A DNA stretch of 64,000 bases from an uncultured delta proteobacterium (GTDB lineage: Bacteria; Myxococcota_A; Polyangia; Fen-1088), in NCBI GenBank assembly GCA_963767925.1, contig CAVYGB010000010.1:960001-1024000 (forward strand), given 5' to 3'. The notes under the pieces were generated by a model. The model was not told where the DNA came from. It saw only the letters and a list, made by a program, of their open reading frames with translations, and searched no databases. Below, in pieces: positions 34,532 to 46,557 of this stretch. The translations under genes were made by a program, and so were the position numbers. The first letter of the stretch is position 1; each line of letters starts with the position of its first letter.

Positions 34532-35985
34532 TCAGCCTCCGCGATAGGGTCGCCGGGCGTCGGCCGCCAGCGTGCTCGCCAGCTCCGAGGAGATGCGCTC
34601 GCTGCCGACGTCGGCGGTGCTGCGCGTGCGGAACACGGCCAGCGACCGGGGCGCCAGCGAATACGGGCTGGGCGCTTCGGCGCTCAGCTCCTCCGGGCGG
34701 GCGGTGTCGACGACCCGCTCCCAGCGCTGGCCGCTGCGCGTGCCGGGCAGCGAGAACGCGATCTCCTCGTGGTGGGAGCTGAACAGCACCAGCACCGTGT
34801 CACCGGCGATCCGCCGGCCTCGCTCGTCGACCTCCTCGATCCGGTCTCCAGCCAGCCGCATGCCGAAGCAACGCACGAAGGCGCTCCAGTCCTGATCGCT
34901 CATCTCCGCCCCCGACGGCATCAGCCAGGACACGTCCTTGATTCCCGACCCACGAATGCCACGCCCCTGGAAGAACCTGCGGCGCTGGAGGACCGGATGC
35001 TGCTGCCAGATGCGGGAAAGCCGGCGAACGAAGGCCAGCAGATCCTGCGCCTCCGGCCCGGGCTCCCAGGGGAGCCAGGACAGCTCGTTGTCCTGGCAAT
35101 AGGCGTTGTTGTTGCCTCCCTGGGTCTGGCCGAGCTCGTCCCCGCCGCGCAACATGGGCACCCCCTGCGAGAGAAAGAGGGTCGCGAGCAGGTTCCGCTT
35201 CTGGCGGTCACGCAGGGAGCGGATGGCGGGATCGTCGGTCGGCCCCTCCACGCCACAGTTCCAGCTCAGGTTGTCCTCGTGGCCGTCGCGATTCCCCTCC
35301 CCGTTGGCGTCGTTGTGCTTGTCGTTGTAGCTGACGAGGTCCTCCAGCGAAAACCCGTCGTGACAGGTGACGAAGTTGATGCTGGCGTAGGGGCGCCGGC
35401 CGCTCTGCTCGTAGAGATCGCTCGACCCGGCCAGGCGCGTCGCCAGCTCGGAGGCCGAGCCGCCGTCGCCCTTCCAGAAACGCCTCACGGCGTCCCGGTA
35501 ACGCCCGTTCCACTCGGTCCAAAGCACCGGAAAATTGCCCACCTGATAGCCTCCCGGGCCGACGTCCCAGGGCTCGGCGATCAGCTTTAGCTGTGACAGC
35601 ACGGGGTCCTGATGAACGATGTCGAAGAACGCGCCCAGCTTGTCGACCTCATAGAGCTCGCGCGCCAGGGTGCTCGCGAGGTCGAACCGGAATCCGTCGA
35701 CGTGCATGTCGAGGGCCCAGTAGCGCAGGCTGTCCATGATGAGCTGCAGGACCCGGGGGCTCTGCATGTTCAAGGTGTTGCCGCAACCGGTAAAATCCGT
35801 GTAGTAGCGCCGGTCCTCGGACGAGAGCCGGTAGTAGGCGGCGTTGTCCACCCCACGCATCGAAAGCGTGGGGCCGAGGTGGCTGCCTTCCGCGGTGTGG
35901 TTGTAGACGACGTCGAGGATCACCTCGATGCCGGCGCGGTGCAGGTTACGGACCATGGTCTTGAACTGGGCGACCGTGTCCTCAC
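34532..35985 (-). pseudogene. glgX: glycogen debranching enzyme GlgX, C-terminal part only
   Basis: [53 protein letters not shown]; the N-terminal domain is absent. Confidence 0.9.
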
Positions 35986-36274
35986 ACGGTCGAGACGGTG
36001 GTGCAGCAGGCCCTGGCGGTTTTTCCCCGGGCCAAGATCGACGCCACCGAGGAGGTCCTCAGAACGCTCAGCAACGTCCTCGAGAGAGAGACCGAGCAGG
36101 GCTGATCGAGGAGGCCCTGCTCGGGCTCTGTGGTTCGTTGGCCCTCGCCCCGCGCAGCCGCGAGCGGGCGGGGTGAGGGGGATCCGGTCAAGAGCCTTCG
36201 GTGTTCCAGGCAGCTCCGCCCGCAGCCGACGATCTCCGCACCGGCGCCCCGGTTCGGACGTAAGGTCGCCGGCG

Positions 36275-37012
36275 GTGCCCGACCCCACCGACCCCGGCCT
36301 CGTCCGGATCTTCACCTGCTCGCCCGGGGAGCAGGCGGCGGCCGACCTCGAGCGGGCCTGGGCGATCCTCGACGCCGAGGAGCGGGCCCAGGCGACGCGG
36401 TTTCACTTCGAGCGCGACCGCACGATCTACCTCGTGGCCCACGGGATGTTGCGGGAGGTGCTGGCTGCCGTGGCGGGGGTGGCGCCGGGCGCGCTCCGCT
36501 TCGAGCGGGGGCCCCAGGGGCGGCCGGAGCTGGTGCCGGAGCAGCGGCCGGCCGGCCTGAGCTTCAACCTGGCCCACACCCGGGAGCTCGTCGGCTGCGC
36601 GGTCACCACCCTCGGCACGGTCGGGCTGGACATCGAGGAGCTGCGCGACCCCGCCCCGTTCGAGGTGGCCGAGCGATTCGCCCCGGCCGAGCAGGCCGGT
36701 TTGCAGGCCCTGCCGCCGGAGGCCCGCACGGATCGCTTCTTCGTCCTCTGGACGCTGAAGGAGGCCTACCTGAAGGGCTGCGGGCTGGGGCTCTCCTTCC
36801 CGCTCGATGAATTCGCGATGACGCCCGCGCCGGACGGCGCCGCCCGGCTGGCGCTGGCCGCCCCGGTCGACGATCCCGCCCGCTGGGCGTTCCGCTGGTG
36901 GCGGCTCCCCGCGCATCGCATGGCCCTGGCCGTGCGGTCCGACGGCGCCGCCCTCCAGGTCACCCGGGCCGCGCCCGCCCGGATCCTCGACCTGCCCGGC
37001 CTGGTCGGCTGA
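36275..37012 (+). CDS. 4'-phosphopantetheinyl transferase (Sfp type)
   Basis: GPQGRPEL, SFNLAHT, VGLDIE, FFVLWTLKEAYLKGCGLGL; GTG start inferred. Confidence 0.9.
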   Translation: MPDPTDPGLVRIFTCSPGEQAAADLERAWAILDAEERAQATRFHFERDRTIYLVAHGMLREVLAAVAGVAPGALRFERGPQGRPELVPEQRPAGLSFNLAHTRELVGCAVTTLGTVGLDIEELRDPAPFEVAERFAPAEQAGLQALPPEARTDRFFVLWTLKEAYLKGCGLGLSFPLDEFAMTPAPDGAARLALAAPVDDPARWAFRWWRLPAHRMALAVRSDGAALQVTRAAPARILDLPGLVG

Positions 37013-37097
37013 GCGCCGGGTAATCCCCCGGTAGGCGACGCGGATGCCTGGAGCTGGTAACGTCCGCCGTTTCCGCGGACGGAGCAGGAGGTCTGGA

Positions 37098-38036
37098 GTG
37101 AAGCGACCACACGACCGCAAGGTGCTGGGGGCGATCGGAAACACGCCGGTGGTGCGGCTGAGCCGGATGGTCCCGGAGGACTCGGCCGAGGTCATCGTGA
37201 AGCTCGAGCTGGTCAACCCGACCGGGTCGTACAAGGACCGGATGGCGCTGGCGATGATCGAGGGGGCGGAGTGCCGGGGGGATCTGCGCCCCGGCATGAC
37301 CGTCGTCGAATATACCGGGGGGAGCACCGGGTCGTCGCTGGCCCTGGTCTGCGCGGTGAAGGGCTACCGCCTGCGCATCGTAACCTCCGACGCCTACGCG
37401 CCGGAGAAGCTGCGGACGATGCAGGCGCTCGGGGCGCTCCTGACCATCGTCCCCAGCGTCGACGGGCGGATCACGCCCGACCTCATCCCGCGCATGATCG
37501 AGCAGGCCCGCACCATCGCCAGCCAGGAGGGCGCCTACTGGACCAACCAGTTTCACAATACCGACGCCATCGACGGCTACCTCGCGATGGGCGCCGAGCT
37601 GCTCGATCAGGTGAAGACGCCGGTCGCTGCCTTCTGCGCCGGCGTCGGAACCGCGGGCATGTTGATCGGCGTCTCCCGCACCCTGCGCAAGGCCGGCCCC
37701 CCCGCCCGCGTCGTGGCCCTCGAGCCGGGCAGCGCCGCCGTCCTCACCGGCGGCAGCCGGGGCAGCCACCACGTCGAGGGGCTCGGCGTCGGCTTCGTCC
37801 CGCCCCTGCTCACCCCCGCCGACTACGACGAGGCCCGGGCCATCGACGAGGGCGCCGCCCGGGAGACCGCCCGCCGCCTGGCCCGCGAGGAGGGCATCTT
37901 CGCCGGCACCTCGACCGGTTTGAACCTGGTGGGCGCCCTGCAGCTCGCCCGCGAGCTCGGCCCCGGCCACACCGTCGTCACGGTGGCCTGCGACAGCGGC
38001 CTGAAGTACCTGCAGGGCGACCTCTACGCCCCTTGA
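37098..38036 (+). CDS. PLP-dependent cysteine synthase family protein
   Basis: IGNTPVVRL, KLELVNPTGSYKDR, GVGTAG, EEGIFAGTSTG, CDSGLKYL; note EYTGGST in place of EPTSGNT. Confidence 0.9.
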   Translation: MKRPHDRKVLGAIGNTPVVRLSRMVPEDSAEVIVKLELVNPTGSYKDRMALAMIEGAECRGDLRPGMTVVEYTGGSTGSSLALVCAVKGYRLRIVTSDAYAPEKLRTMQALGALLTIVPSVDGRITPDLIPRMIEQARTIASQEGAYWTNQFHNTDAIDGYLAMGAELLDQVKTPVAAFCAGVGTAGMLIGVSRTLRKAGPPARVVALEPGSAAVLTGGSRGSHHVEGLGVGFVPPLLTPADYDEARAIDEGAARETARRLAREEGIFAGTSTGLNLVGALQLARELGPGHTVVTVACDSGLKYLQGDLYAP

Positions 38037-38095
38037 CCGGCGGGCAGGTCCCCCCGTCGGCAAACGCCGATGTGGACCGATCCGCCGGCGCCCGA

Positions 38096-40118
38096 TCAGG
38101 AGGAGGTGCCGCTGCCGAGCTGGCGGAAGTCCGCCACCCGCAGGAACAGCCGGTGGACCTGCGAGAGCAGGGCCAGGCGCCGGTTGCGCACGTCGAGGTT
38201 CTCGTCCATGACGAAGATCGACTCGAAGAAGGCGTCGACCGGCGCGCGGAGCTGGGCCAGCTCGTCGAGGACGGCGCGGTAGCTCCGGCCGGCCAGCAGC
38301 GGATCGAGGCGCTTGCGCACCTCCTCGATCCGGGCGAGCAGCGTGCGCTCGGCCGGCTCGCCGAGCGCGGCGGGGTCGATCGCCAGGTCGACGACGCCCG
38401 CCTTGACGATGTTGCCGGCCCGCTTGATGGCCACGCTGAGCGACTCGAACTCGGCGGTGGCGCGGAAGTCCGAGAGGGCCTGCAGGCGCAGCTGCGCGTC
38501 GAGGACGTCGTCGAACCCGGCCGCCAGCACCGCCTCGACCAGGTCGGTGGGGAACTTCTCGGCCAGCAACCCGCGCAGCCGCCCGAGCACGAACTCCAGG
38601 GCGGGGGCCACCGCCCTGGGCGCCTCGGCGGTGCCGTATCCGGCCGCCGCGTCCTCGGCGATCTTGCGCAGGGAGAGGTGCCAGCGGTGCTGCAGAAGGG
38701 TCTGCAGCAGGCCGAAGGCCGCCCGGCGCAGGGCGAAGGGATCGTTGGACCCGGTGGGGGCCAGGCCGGCCGAGAAACATCCGACCAGCGTGTCCATGCG
38801 GTCGGCGATCGCCAGGACGGCGCCGACCGGGCTGGCCGCGGGGGGCTCGCCGGCGGCGCGGGGCTGGTAGTGCTCGACGATGGCCCGGGCCACCTCGGGC
38901 GCCTCCCCCTCGCGCGCGGCGTAGTCCGCCCCCACGAAGCCCTGCAGCTCGGGGAACTCGCCCACCATGTGGGTCACCAGGTCGGCCTTCGCCAGCCGGG
39001 CCGCCCGCCCCACCTGTCCGGCGTCGACCCCCAGCCCGGCGGCCAGCCCACCGGCCAGCCGTTCGACGCGGGCCACCCGCTCGCTCATGGTGCCGAGCTT
39101 CTGGATCCAGACCACCCGGGACAGCTTCTCGGCCTGCTTCTCGAGGGGCGTCTTGCGATCCTCCTCCAGGAAGAAGCGGGCGTCGGAGAGGCGGGCCTTC
39201 AGCACCCGCTCGTTGCCCCGCACCACCACGCCCGGATCGCGGACCCGGGTCCCGGCGATGGTCACGAAGTGGTTGCTCAGCTTGCCGTCGGGCTTGCGCA
39301 CGGCGAAGTAGCGCTGGTGCCGGCGCATGGCGCTCACCACCACCACCTCGGGCAAATCGAGGAAAACCGGATCGAAGGTGCCGCAGATCCCCACCGGCAG
39401 CTCGACCAGGTTGGTCACCTCGTCGACCAGGGCCTCGTCCTTCTGGATGATGAGGCCGGTCTCGCGGGCCAGGCGCTCGAGCTCGACGACGACCGCCTTG
39501 CGGCGCTCGACCGGGTCGACGAGGACCGAGCGGCTGGCGAGGCCCGCCCGCCAGGCGGCGGGGCCATCGACCTCGAAGGCCTCGGGCGCCAGGAAGCGGT
39601 GGCCCCGCGACTGGCGGCCCGAGCGGACGCCGGCGTATTCCAGGGGGACCACCTCGCCGGCGAACACCGCCAGCAGCCAGCGCACCGGCCGCACGAACTT
39701 CTCGCTGTGTGTCCCCCAGCGCATCGACTTCGGGAAGGGCAGCCGGCCGATGAGGCGGGTCAGCAGATCGGGCAGCAGCTCGAGCGCTGCGCGCCCGATC
39801 ACCCGCCGGCGGGCCACGAAGCGCTCGCCCTCGACCTGCACCGCCTCGGGCGCGAGGCCCAGCTTGCGGGCGAACCCGGCCCGGGCCTTGTCGCCGGCGC
39901 TGGCCACCGGCCCCACCACCGTCTCGTCGAGGTCGGGCTGCCGCTCGAGCACGTCCCGCACAACCAGGGCCAGGCGCCGGGGCCCGCCCAGCACCGAGAG
40001 GCCCCCGTGCTTGACGTTGGCCGTGCGCAGCTCCTCGCCGGCCAGGCGTTCCAGCTCGGGCAGCACCGAGGCGACGACCCCGGCGGGGATCTCTTCACAC
40101 CCGATCTCGAACAGCAGG

Positions 40119-40126
<8 letters not shown>
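38096..40126 (-). CDS. glyS: glycine-tRNA ligase beta subunit
   Basis: [58 protein letters not shown]. Confidence 0.97.
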
Positions 40127-41012
<886 letters not shown>

Positions 41013-41022
41013 CGAGCCAGAC

Positions 41023-41051
41023 ACTATAGTCCGCGCGCGCCTCACCCTCAA
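41023..41051 (-). promoter_or_regulatory. sigma70-type promoter of glyQS
   Basis: TTGAGG-17 nt-TATAGT, 10 nt upstream of the glyQ ATG. Confidence 0.6.
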
Positions 41052-41100
41052 CGCCAGCGCGACGGGGACCGCTCCCGCGCGCGGGAGCGGGGATCGGCCC

Positions 41101-42081
41101 TCAGGTCGGCGCGGTGGGGGCCTGGCGGATGTGTGCCCAGACGTGGATGTGGGGTGCCCCCCGGAAGAACCACAACATGGACGGCCCCTCGAGCTGCCAG
41201 ACATCCCACACGCCGTCGCCGCCGAGGTCCTTGCCCTTGAAGAAGGCCATGTGCAGGTTGTCGATCCCCTGGGCCTCGACCAGCTTCAGCGCCTCGTCGG
41301 CGTCGACCTTGCGGAAGGGGGCCAGCAGATCGCCGAGCACCTTGCGCACGAGCCCCTTCTGATCGCCGCTGAGGGCGGCCAGCGGCACGCCGGGCAGCCC
41401 CCGCTTCTTGCCGGTCAGCGTGACGGTGTCGGTGGCGCTCTCGCCGCGGGGCTTGTCGAGCAGGGCCAGGGCCCGCTGCTTGCCGTCGAGGGCCTTCCAG
41501 ACCTCGTTGGCCCGCAGGGCCTGGAACCAGTAGGCGTTGCCCGGATGGTTGGGGCCCTCCTCGTCGTCGCCGGCCTGGTGGCCGTAGAAGATGGGGCCGC
41601 CGAAGGCCGCGCCCTCGACCGAGTCGCCGTCGCAGCGGCGGGTGACGTGGCGGCCGGTGATCACCACCTCGAACTTGCCCTGCCCGGGCGCGCCGAACAG
41701 CGCCGCCGAGCAGCCCTTCTCGAAGCCGTCGCCCTGCTGGTCGTGCACCGTCGCCGCCCAGACGCGGTCGGCGTACTCCGGGCTGTGGATGCCCCGGTAG
41801 ATCTCCCGCAACATCGCCTGCTGGTCCTTGTCGAACACGTCGGCGATCGGCTCGGTGATCTCCCAGTTGTTGTCGACCTTGGAGCGGAGCGAATGCTCGA
41901 AGGGGAAGGCCACCACTTTCTTTTGCTCGGGGCGCAGGCTCTTCCAGAGCGCTGCGGCCACCGTCTCTGCCGACGGCCGGGCCGCCGGGGCGGTCGGGCC
42001 GGCGAGGGCCAGCCCGGGGAGCGAAACCGCGGCTGCGCCAGCCGCCTTGAGGAGAGCACGCCTGCCAACATCCTGCGACAT
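41101..42081 (-). CDS. Tat-exported DUF3500-family protein
   Basis: GRRALLKAA twin-arginine signal; [24 protein letters not shown]...[10 protein letters not shown]. Confidence 0.7.
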   Translation of the reverse strand: MSQDVGRRALLKAAGAAAVSLPGLALAGPTAPAARPSAETVAAALWKSLRPEQKKVVAFPFEHSLRSKVDNNWEITEPIADVFDKDQQAMLREIYRGIHSPEYADRVWAATVHDQQGDGFEKGCSAALFGAPGQGKFEVVITGRHVTRRCDGDSVEGAAFGGPIFYGHQAGDDEEGPNHPGNAYWFQALRANEVWKALDGKQRALALLDKPRGESATDTVTLTGKKRGLPGVPLAALSGDQKGLVRKVLGDLLAPFRKVDADEALKLVEAQGIDNLHMAFFKGKDLGGDGVWDVWQLEGPSMLWFFRGAPHIHVWAHIRQAPTAPT

Positions 42082-42105
42082 GGAGGCAGTTTCCTCCAAC
42101 TCGCC

Positions 42106-42290
42106 TCACAGGTCCAGGGCCGCCTCCAGCGTGGGATCCTGCAGCTCGCCACGGACCTCGAAGCCGAGCTTGCGGGCGATGGCCTGCATGCCGGCGCTGG
42201 CCGGGCGACATCTCGGCGGTGACGCGGCGGAGGCCCTCCTGGCGCGCGATCTCGATCAGGCGGGCGCCGGAAGAGGGCCTGCCGGCGGGG
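42106..42290 (-). pseudogene. C-terminal remnant of a GNAT acetyltransferase domain
   Basis: RLIEIARQEGLRRVTAEM / AGMQAIARKLGFEVRGELQDPTLEAALDL* in two frames; no N-terminus. Confidence 0.6.
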
Positions 42291-42369
42291 GGCGCCGCCT
42301 GTAAGATGCGCCCGCCGATCGGGCCCGCTCGCTCCGACGTCAGGGAGCGAGGCAAGCGGCAAGGTTTCC

Positions 42370-45300
42370 ATGGTGCCCCACCCCATCCAGCGTCTCCACC
42401 TCGCCGAGGACCTCGTCCGCCGGCGGCGCGCCGACGAGCACCGGCGCTACGCGGCCTCGCAGCGGGCGGGCCGCATCGATCCCAACCCCCATCAGATCGA
42501 TGCCGTGACCTTCGCCCTGCGGCGGCTGCCCGAGGGGGGCTGCATCCTGGCGGACGAGGTGGGGCTGGGCAAGACCATCGAGGCCGGATTGGTGATCGCC
42601 CAGGTCATCGCCGAGGGGGCCCGGCGGGTCCTGGTGGTGACGCCGAAGGCCCTGCTGGGCCAGTGGAAGCAGGAGCTGTTCTCCCTGTTCGGGATCGACG
42701 CCCACGAGGTGCGGCGGGAGGCCCCGAGCTTTCAGGGCGAGGGGGTGTTCCTGGGGACGCGGGACCTGGTGGGCAGCGAGTCGGGGGCGGCGCTGCTGCA
42801 GACCTGCGAGCGGTTCGACCTGTGCGTGATCGACGAGGCCCACGAGGTGTTCGCCGGCATCTACAAGCGCTTCGACCGGGCCGGGGGCCTGCGGGCCCAG
42901 GCCACCCAGGCCCGCATGGCGGGGCGGCTGTCGCAGGCGCTCGCCGCGGCGGGGACGCCGGTGCTGCTGCTGACGGCGACGCCGATGCAGAACTCGCTCA
43001 CCGAGCTGTGGGGCCTGGTCCACTACGTCGACCCGTCGGGCACCCTGCTCGGCGACCTCGCCACCTTCCGCCAGATCTTCTGCCCCTCCGACGATCGGGT
43101 GCTGGCCGAGGGGCAGGAGGACGAGCTGCAGCAGCGCCTGGGCACCGTCTTGCAGCGCACCTTGCGCCGGCAGGCCCAGGAGTTCATGAGCGCGCCGTTC
43201 ATGGGGCGGCAGGCCCGCCTGTTCGAATACGTCATGAGCAGCGAGGAGCGCGAGCTGTACGACGACGTCACCCGCTACCTGCTCGAGCCGAGCCTGTTCG
43301 CCTTCAGCGGCAAGCAGCGCGCGCTGCTGCTGATCGGCTTTCACCGGCTGATGGCCTCGTCGCTCGAGGCCCTCTCGGCCAGCCTGGAGAAGGTGGCCGA
43401 ACGCCTCCGGCGGCTGCGCGACGGCGATCCGCCCGCGGCGGGCGGGCGGGTGGAGCTGGCCGGGGATCTCGAGGAGGAGGAGGCGGCGGTTGGCGACCGG
43501 GAGGAAGACGGCGGCGAGGCGGACGACGGCGCGACGGAGGAGAGACCCGGCGCGACCGCCGGCGACGGCGCCGGTGGAGAGGCCGCCGCGGACGACGCGC
43601 CCGGCATCTCGGCCGAGCTGGCCCGGGTCGAATCGTTCGTGAAGCGGGCGCGGGCGCTGCCCACCGACAGCAAGGCCCTGGCCCTGCTCCGGGCGGTCAA
43701 GCTGGTGCTCGAGCAGGGGGCGGCGGGGCGGAGCAGCGGCAAGGTGGTCATCTTCACCGAGTCGCTCACCACCCAGGACTACCTGCGGCGGCTCCTGATC
43801 GACAGCCGCCTGCTGGCCGACGCCGAGGTCACCCTGTTTCGGGGCAGCAACGATTCAACCCGGGCCCGCCAGGCGCTCGAGCGCTGGGTCGAGGAGGTGG
43901 GCGGCAAGCTGCCCCCCGACAGCCAGCCCACCCCCGATGTGGCGGTCCGGCTGGCCCTCGTGCACGAGTTCCGGCACCGCTCGCGCGCCCTCATCTCCAC
44001 CGAGGCGGGGGCCAAGGGCCTCAACCTGCAGTTCTGCGACACCGTCATCAACTACGACCTGCCCTGGAACCCCCAGCGCATCGAGCAGCGGATCGGCCGC
44101 TGCCACCGCTACGGCCAGCAGCGCGACGTCACCGTCATCAACTTCATCGCCCGGGACAACGAGGCCCAGCGCCTGACCTTCGAGATCCTGAGCCAGAAGC
44201 TCGACCTGTTCGGGACCGTGCTCGGCGCCACCGACGAGGTCCTGCACCGGCCCGGCTCGATCGCCCCCGAGGCGCTGGCCAGCGCCCTGGGCCCCGACTT
44301 CGAAGCCCAGCTCCGCCGCATCTACGACCGGGCCCGCACCATCGAGGAGGTCGAGCGCGAGCTGACCGCCCTGCGGGACAGCCTGGACAGCAAGCGGCAG
44401 GAGTTCGAGAGCGCGCAGCGGCGCACGGCGGACGTCATCCAGCGGCGCTTCGACGCCGCCGTCCGCCAGGTCTTCCGCCGCATCCAGGAGGAGCTGCCGC
44501 GCGAGCTGGCCGAGTTCGATGCCCACGTCGAGCGGGTTGTCGTCGGCTTCCTCGAGGCGGCGGGGATCCCCTTCCAGATCGCCCGGGGCGACGGCACCGC
44601 CACCCTGACGGTGGCGTCGTCGCCCGCGCTCCCCGAGGCCCTGCGCGGCGGCACCGCCTGCACGCTCGGCGGCGCCGCGACGGGGGCGACCCTGCCGGCG
44701 CTGCACCTCGGCCACCCCCTGGTCCTGGCCGCCCTCGAGGACGTCCGGCGGGCGACCCGCGGGCGCCGGTTCTCCCTGCGGATCGAGGCCCGCTCGCCGG
44801 CCACGGCGGCCCTGCGCGGCCGGCGCGGGCGGCTGCGGCTGCTGCGCGATCCAGTCGCGGGGCTTCGAGGCGGTCGAGCAGATCGTCCCGGTGGCGGTCC
44901 TCGAGGGCGAGGGCAGCGCCCTGCCGGCGGAGGTGCTCCGACCGCTGCTGCAAGAGGCGATGGTGGAGCAGCCCGGTGGCCTGGCGCCCCCGCCCGACGT
45001 GTCCGACGAGGCCCTCGCCGACGCGGTCGACGAGCTGCTCTTCCTCCAGGGGGGCGAGAGCGGCGCCCAGGAGCAGCCCCGGTTCGAGCGGACCCTGGTC
45101 CAGCTCGAGCGGTTCATGGGGGATCGGGTGCTCATCCTCGAGCGGCGGCGGGCGGGGGCCCTGGCCGATCGGCTGCGGGCCGAGGCGGCGCGCGACGCCG
45201 CCATGGGCGCCGACCAGCGCAACCGGGCGGAGACGGCGCTGCGCCGGGCCCAGGGCGAGATCGAGCAGTTCGAGGGCGAGATCGCCCGGCTGCGGGCCGG

Positions 45301-45403
45301 CGAGGACGCCCACTATCAGCGCTGGCGCAGCCACGCGCAGGAACGCCGGTCGACGCCGCCGGTGATCGAGGCGATCGCGGACGCGGAGTTCGAGGTCGCA
45401 TGA
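42370..45403 (+). CDS. SNF2-family (RapA/HepA-like) helicase with C-terminal coiled coil; single frameshift near 44848
   Basis: PNPHQID, ILADEVGLGKTIEAG, IDEAH, LLLTATPMQN, KVVIFTES, STEAGAKGLNLQ, YDLPWNPQRIEQRIGRCHRYGQ. The C-terminus continues in ORF 44891-45403, whose stop overlaps the next ATG. Confidence 0.9.
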
Positions 45404-46557
45404 CCCCTGGAGAGGTGGACGACGTGGCCCTGAAGCTGCTGCATACCGCCGACTGGCACCTCGGCAAACGGTTCCGGGGGTTCGACGAGCCCGACCGGAT
45501 CACGCTGTCCCGAGCCCGGCTCGACGTGATCGACGCGATCCTGGCCGCCGCCGACCGCAATGGCGTCGACGCTATCCTGTGCGCCGGCGACCTGTTCGAC
45601 GACCCGACCCCCGACCGGCAGTGGTGGGAGCCGCTGGCCAAGAAGCTGTCGCTGGCGGCGAGCCGGCGGCCGATCATCCTGCTTCCGGGGAACCATGACC
45701 CCCTCCAGCCGGGCTCGGTCTACCACCCCGACCACGCCTTCCGGCGCGCCCTGCCGGCCTGGGTGCAGGTGGTCGACCGGGACGACTTCAGCTTCGATCT
45801 CAACGACGCCGCCGTCCTGCACGCCCGGCCCTGCCGCTCCCGGGCCGGGCAGCAGGATCCGGCGCTGGCCCTCCCCGACCGCCCGCCCGGCGACGCGCGC
45901 ATCCGCATCGGCATGGTCCACGGCAGCACGTTCGACGCGGTCGACTGCCAGACCAACTTCCCCATCGCCCGGGACGCCGCCGCCCGGCGGGGGTTCGACT
46001 ACCTCGCCATCGGGGACACCCACAGCACCCGCAACGTGCCGCCCGACGCCCGCCCGCCGGTCGTCTATCCGGGCGCGCCCGAGGCCACCAGCTTCGGCGA
46101 GCCCGAGGCGGGCAACGTCGTGGCGGTCTTCGTGAGCCGCGCCCGGCGGGTCACCTTCCGGCCCGAGCGGGTGGCCTACTGGACCTGGGCCGAGCGGACC
46201 GTGCGCACCCTGGCCGAGCTGCGCGACCTCCGGGCCGAGCCGCAGCTCGCCCGCACCGTCCTGCGCCTGCTCATCGACCTCGACCTGTCGGCGCCCGAGC
46301 TCGACGAGGCGGAGGCGATCCTGCGCGAGCTCAAGGGCACCCCGGCGGCGCGAGGCCGGGTCGGCATCCTCCAGGCCGACCGGGGGCGCCTGCGCCTCGA
46401 CACCGCCGGCATCGAGGCGCTGCTGGGCGATCTCCCCGACGTGTTGCGGGCCACGGTGGCGCAGCTCCGGACGCTCGAGGGGGGCGAGCAGGGCGAGGTG
46501 GCGCGCGCCGCCCTCTACCACCTGTACCGGCTGGCCCGGGAGGCGGCGGCGCCATGA
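45400..46557 (+). CDS. Mre11/SbcD-like DNA nuclease (metallophosphoesterase)
   Basis: LLHTADWHLG, AGDLFD, LPGNHD, MVHGS, YLAIGDTHS, YPGAPE motifs. Confidence 0.92.
   Translation: MTPGEVDDVALKLLHTADWHLGKRFRGFDEPDRITLSRARLDVIDAILAAADRNGVDAILCAGDLFDDPTPDRQWWEPLAKKLSLAASRRPIILLPGNHDPLQPGSVYHPDHAFRRALPAWVQVVDRDDFSFDLNDAAVLHARPCRSRAGQQDPALALPDRPPGDARIRIGMVHGSTFDAVDCQTNFPIARDAAARRGFDYLAIGDTHSTRNVPPDARPPVVYPGAPEATSFGEPEAGNVVAVFVSRARRVTFRPERVAYWTWAERTVRTLAELRDLRAEPQLARTVLRLLIDLDLSAPELDEAEAILRELKGTPAARGRVGILQADRGRLRLDTAGIEALLGDLPDVLRATVAQLRTLEGGEQGEVARAALYHLYRLAREAAAP

Noticed and set aside
44840..44856. Programmed frameshifting in the helicase (or in the CheBR, PLD, MMPL genes)
   Set aside because: No slippery heptamer is visible at the helicase site and indels are widespread in this window; sequencing error is more parsimonious.
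42370..46557. Apparent 1395-aa SNF2-Mre11 fusion protein in the ORF track
   Set aside because: About aa 826-1010 is off-frame Arg/Gly/Pro-rich text. The shifted frame (IQSRGFEAVEQIVPVAVLE...EFEVA*) is protein-like and ends in an ATGA overlap, so this is two genes plus one indel near 44848.
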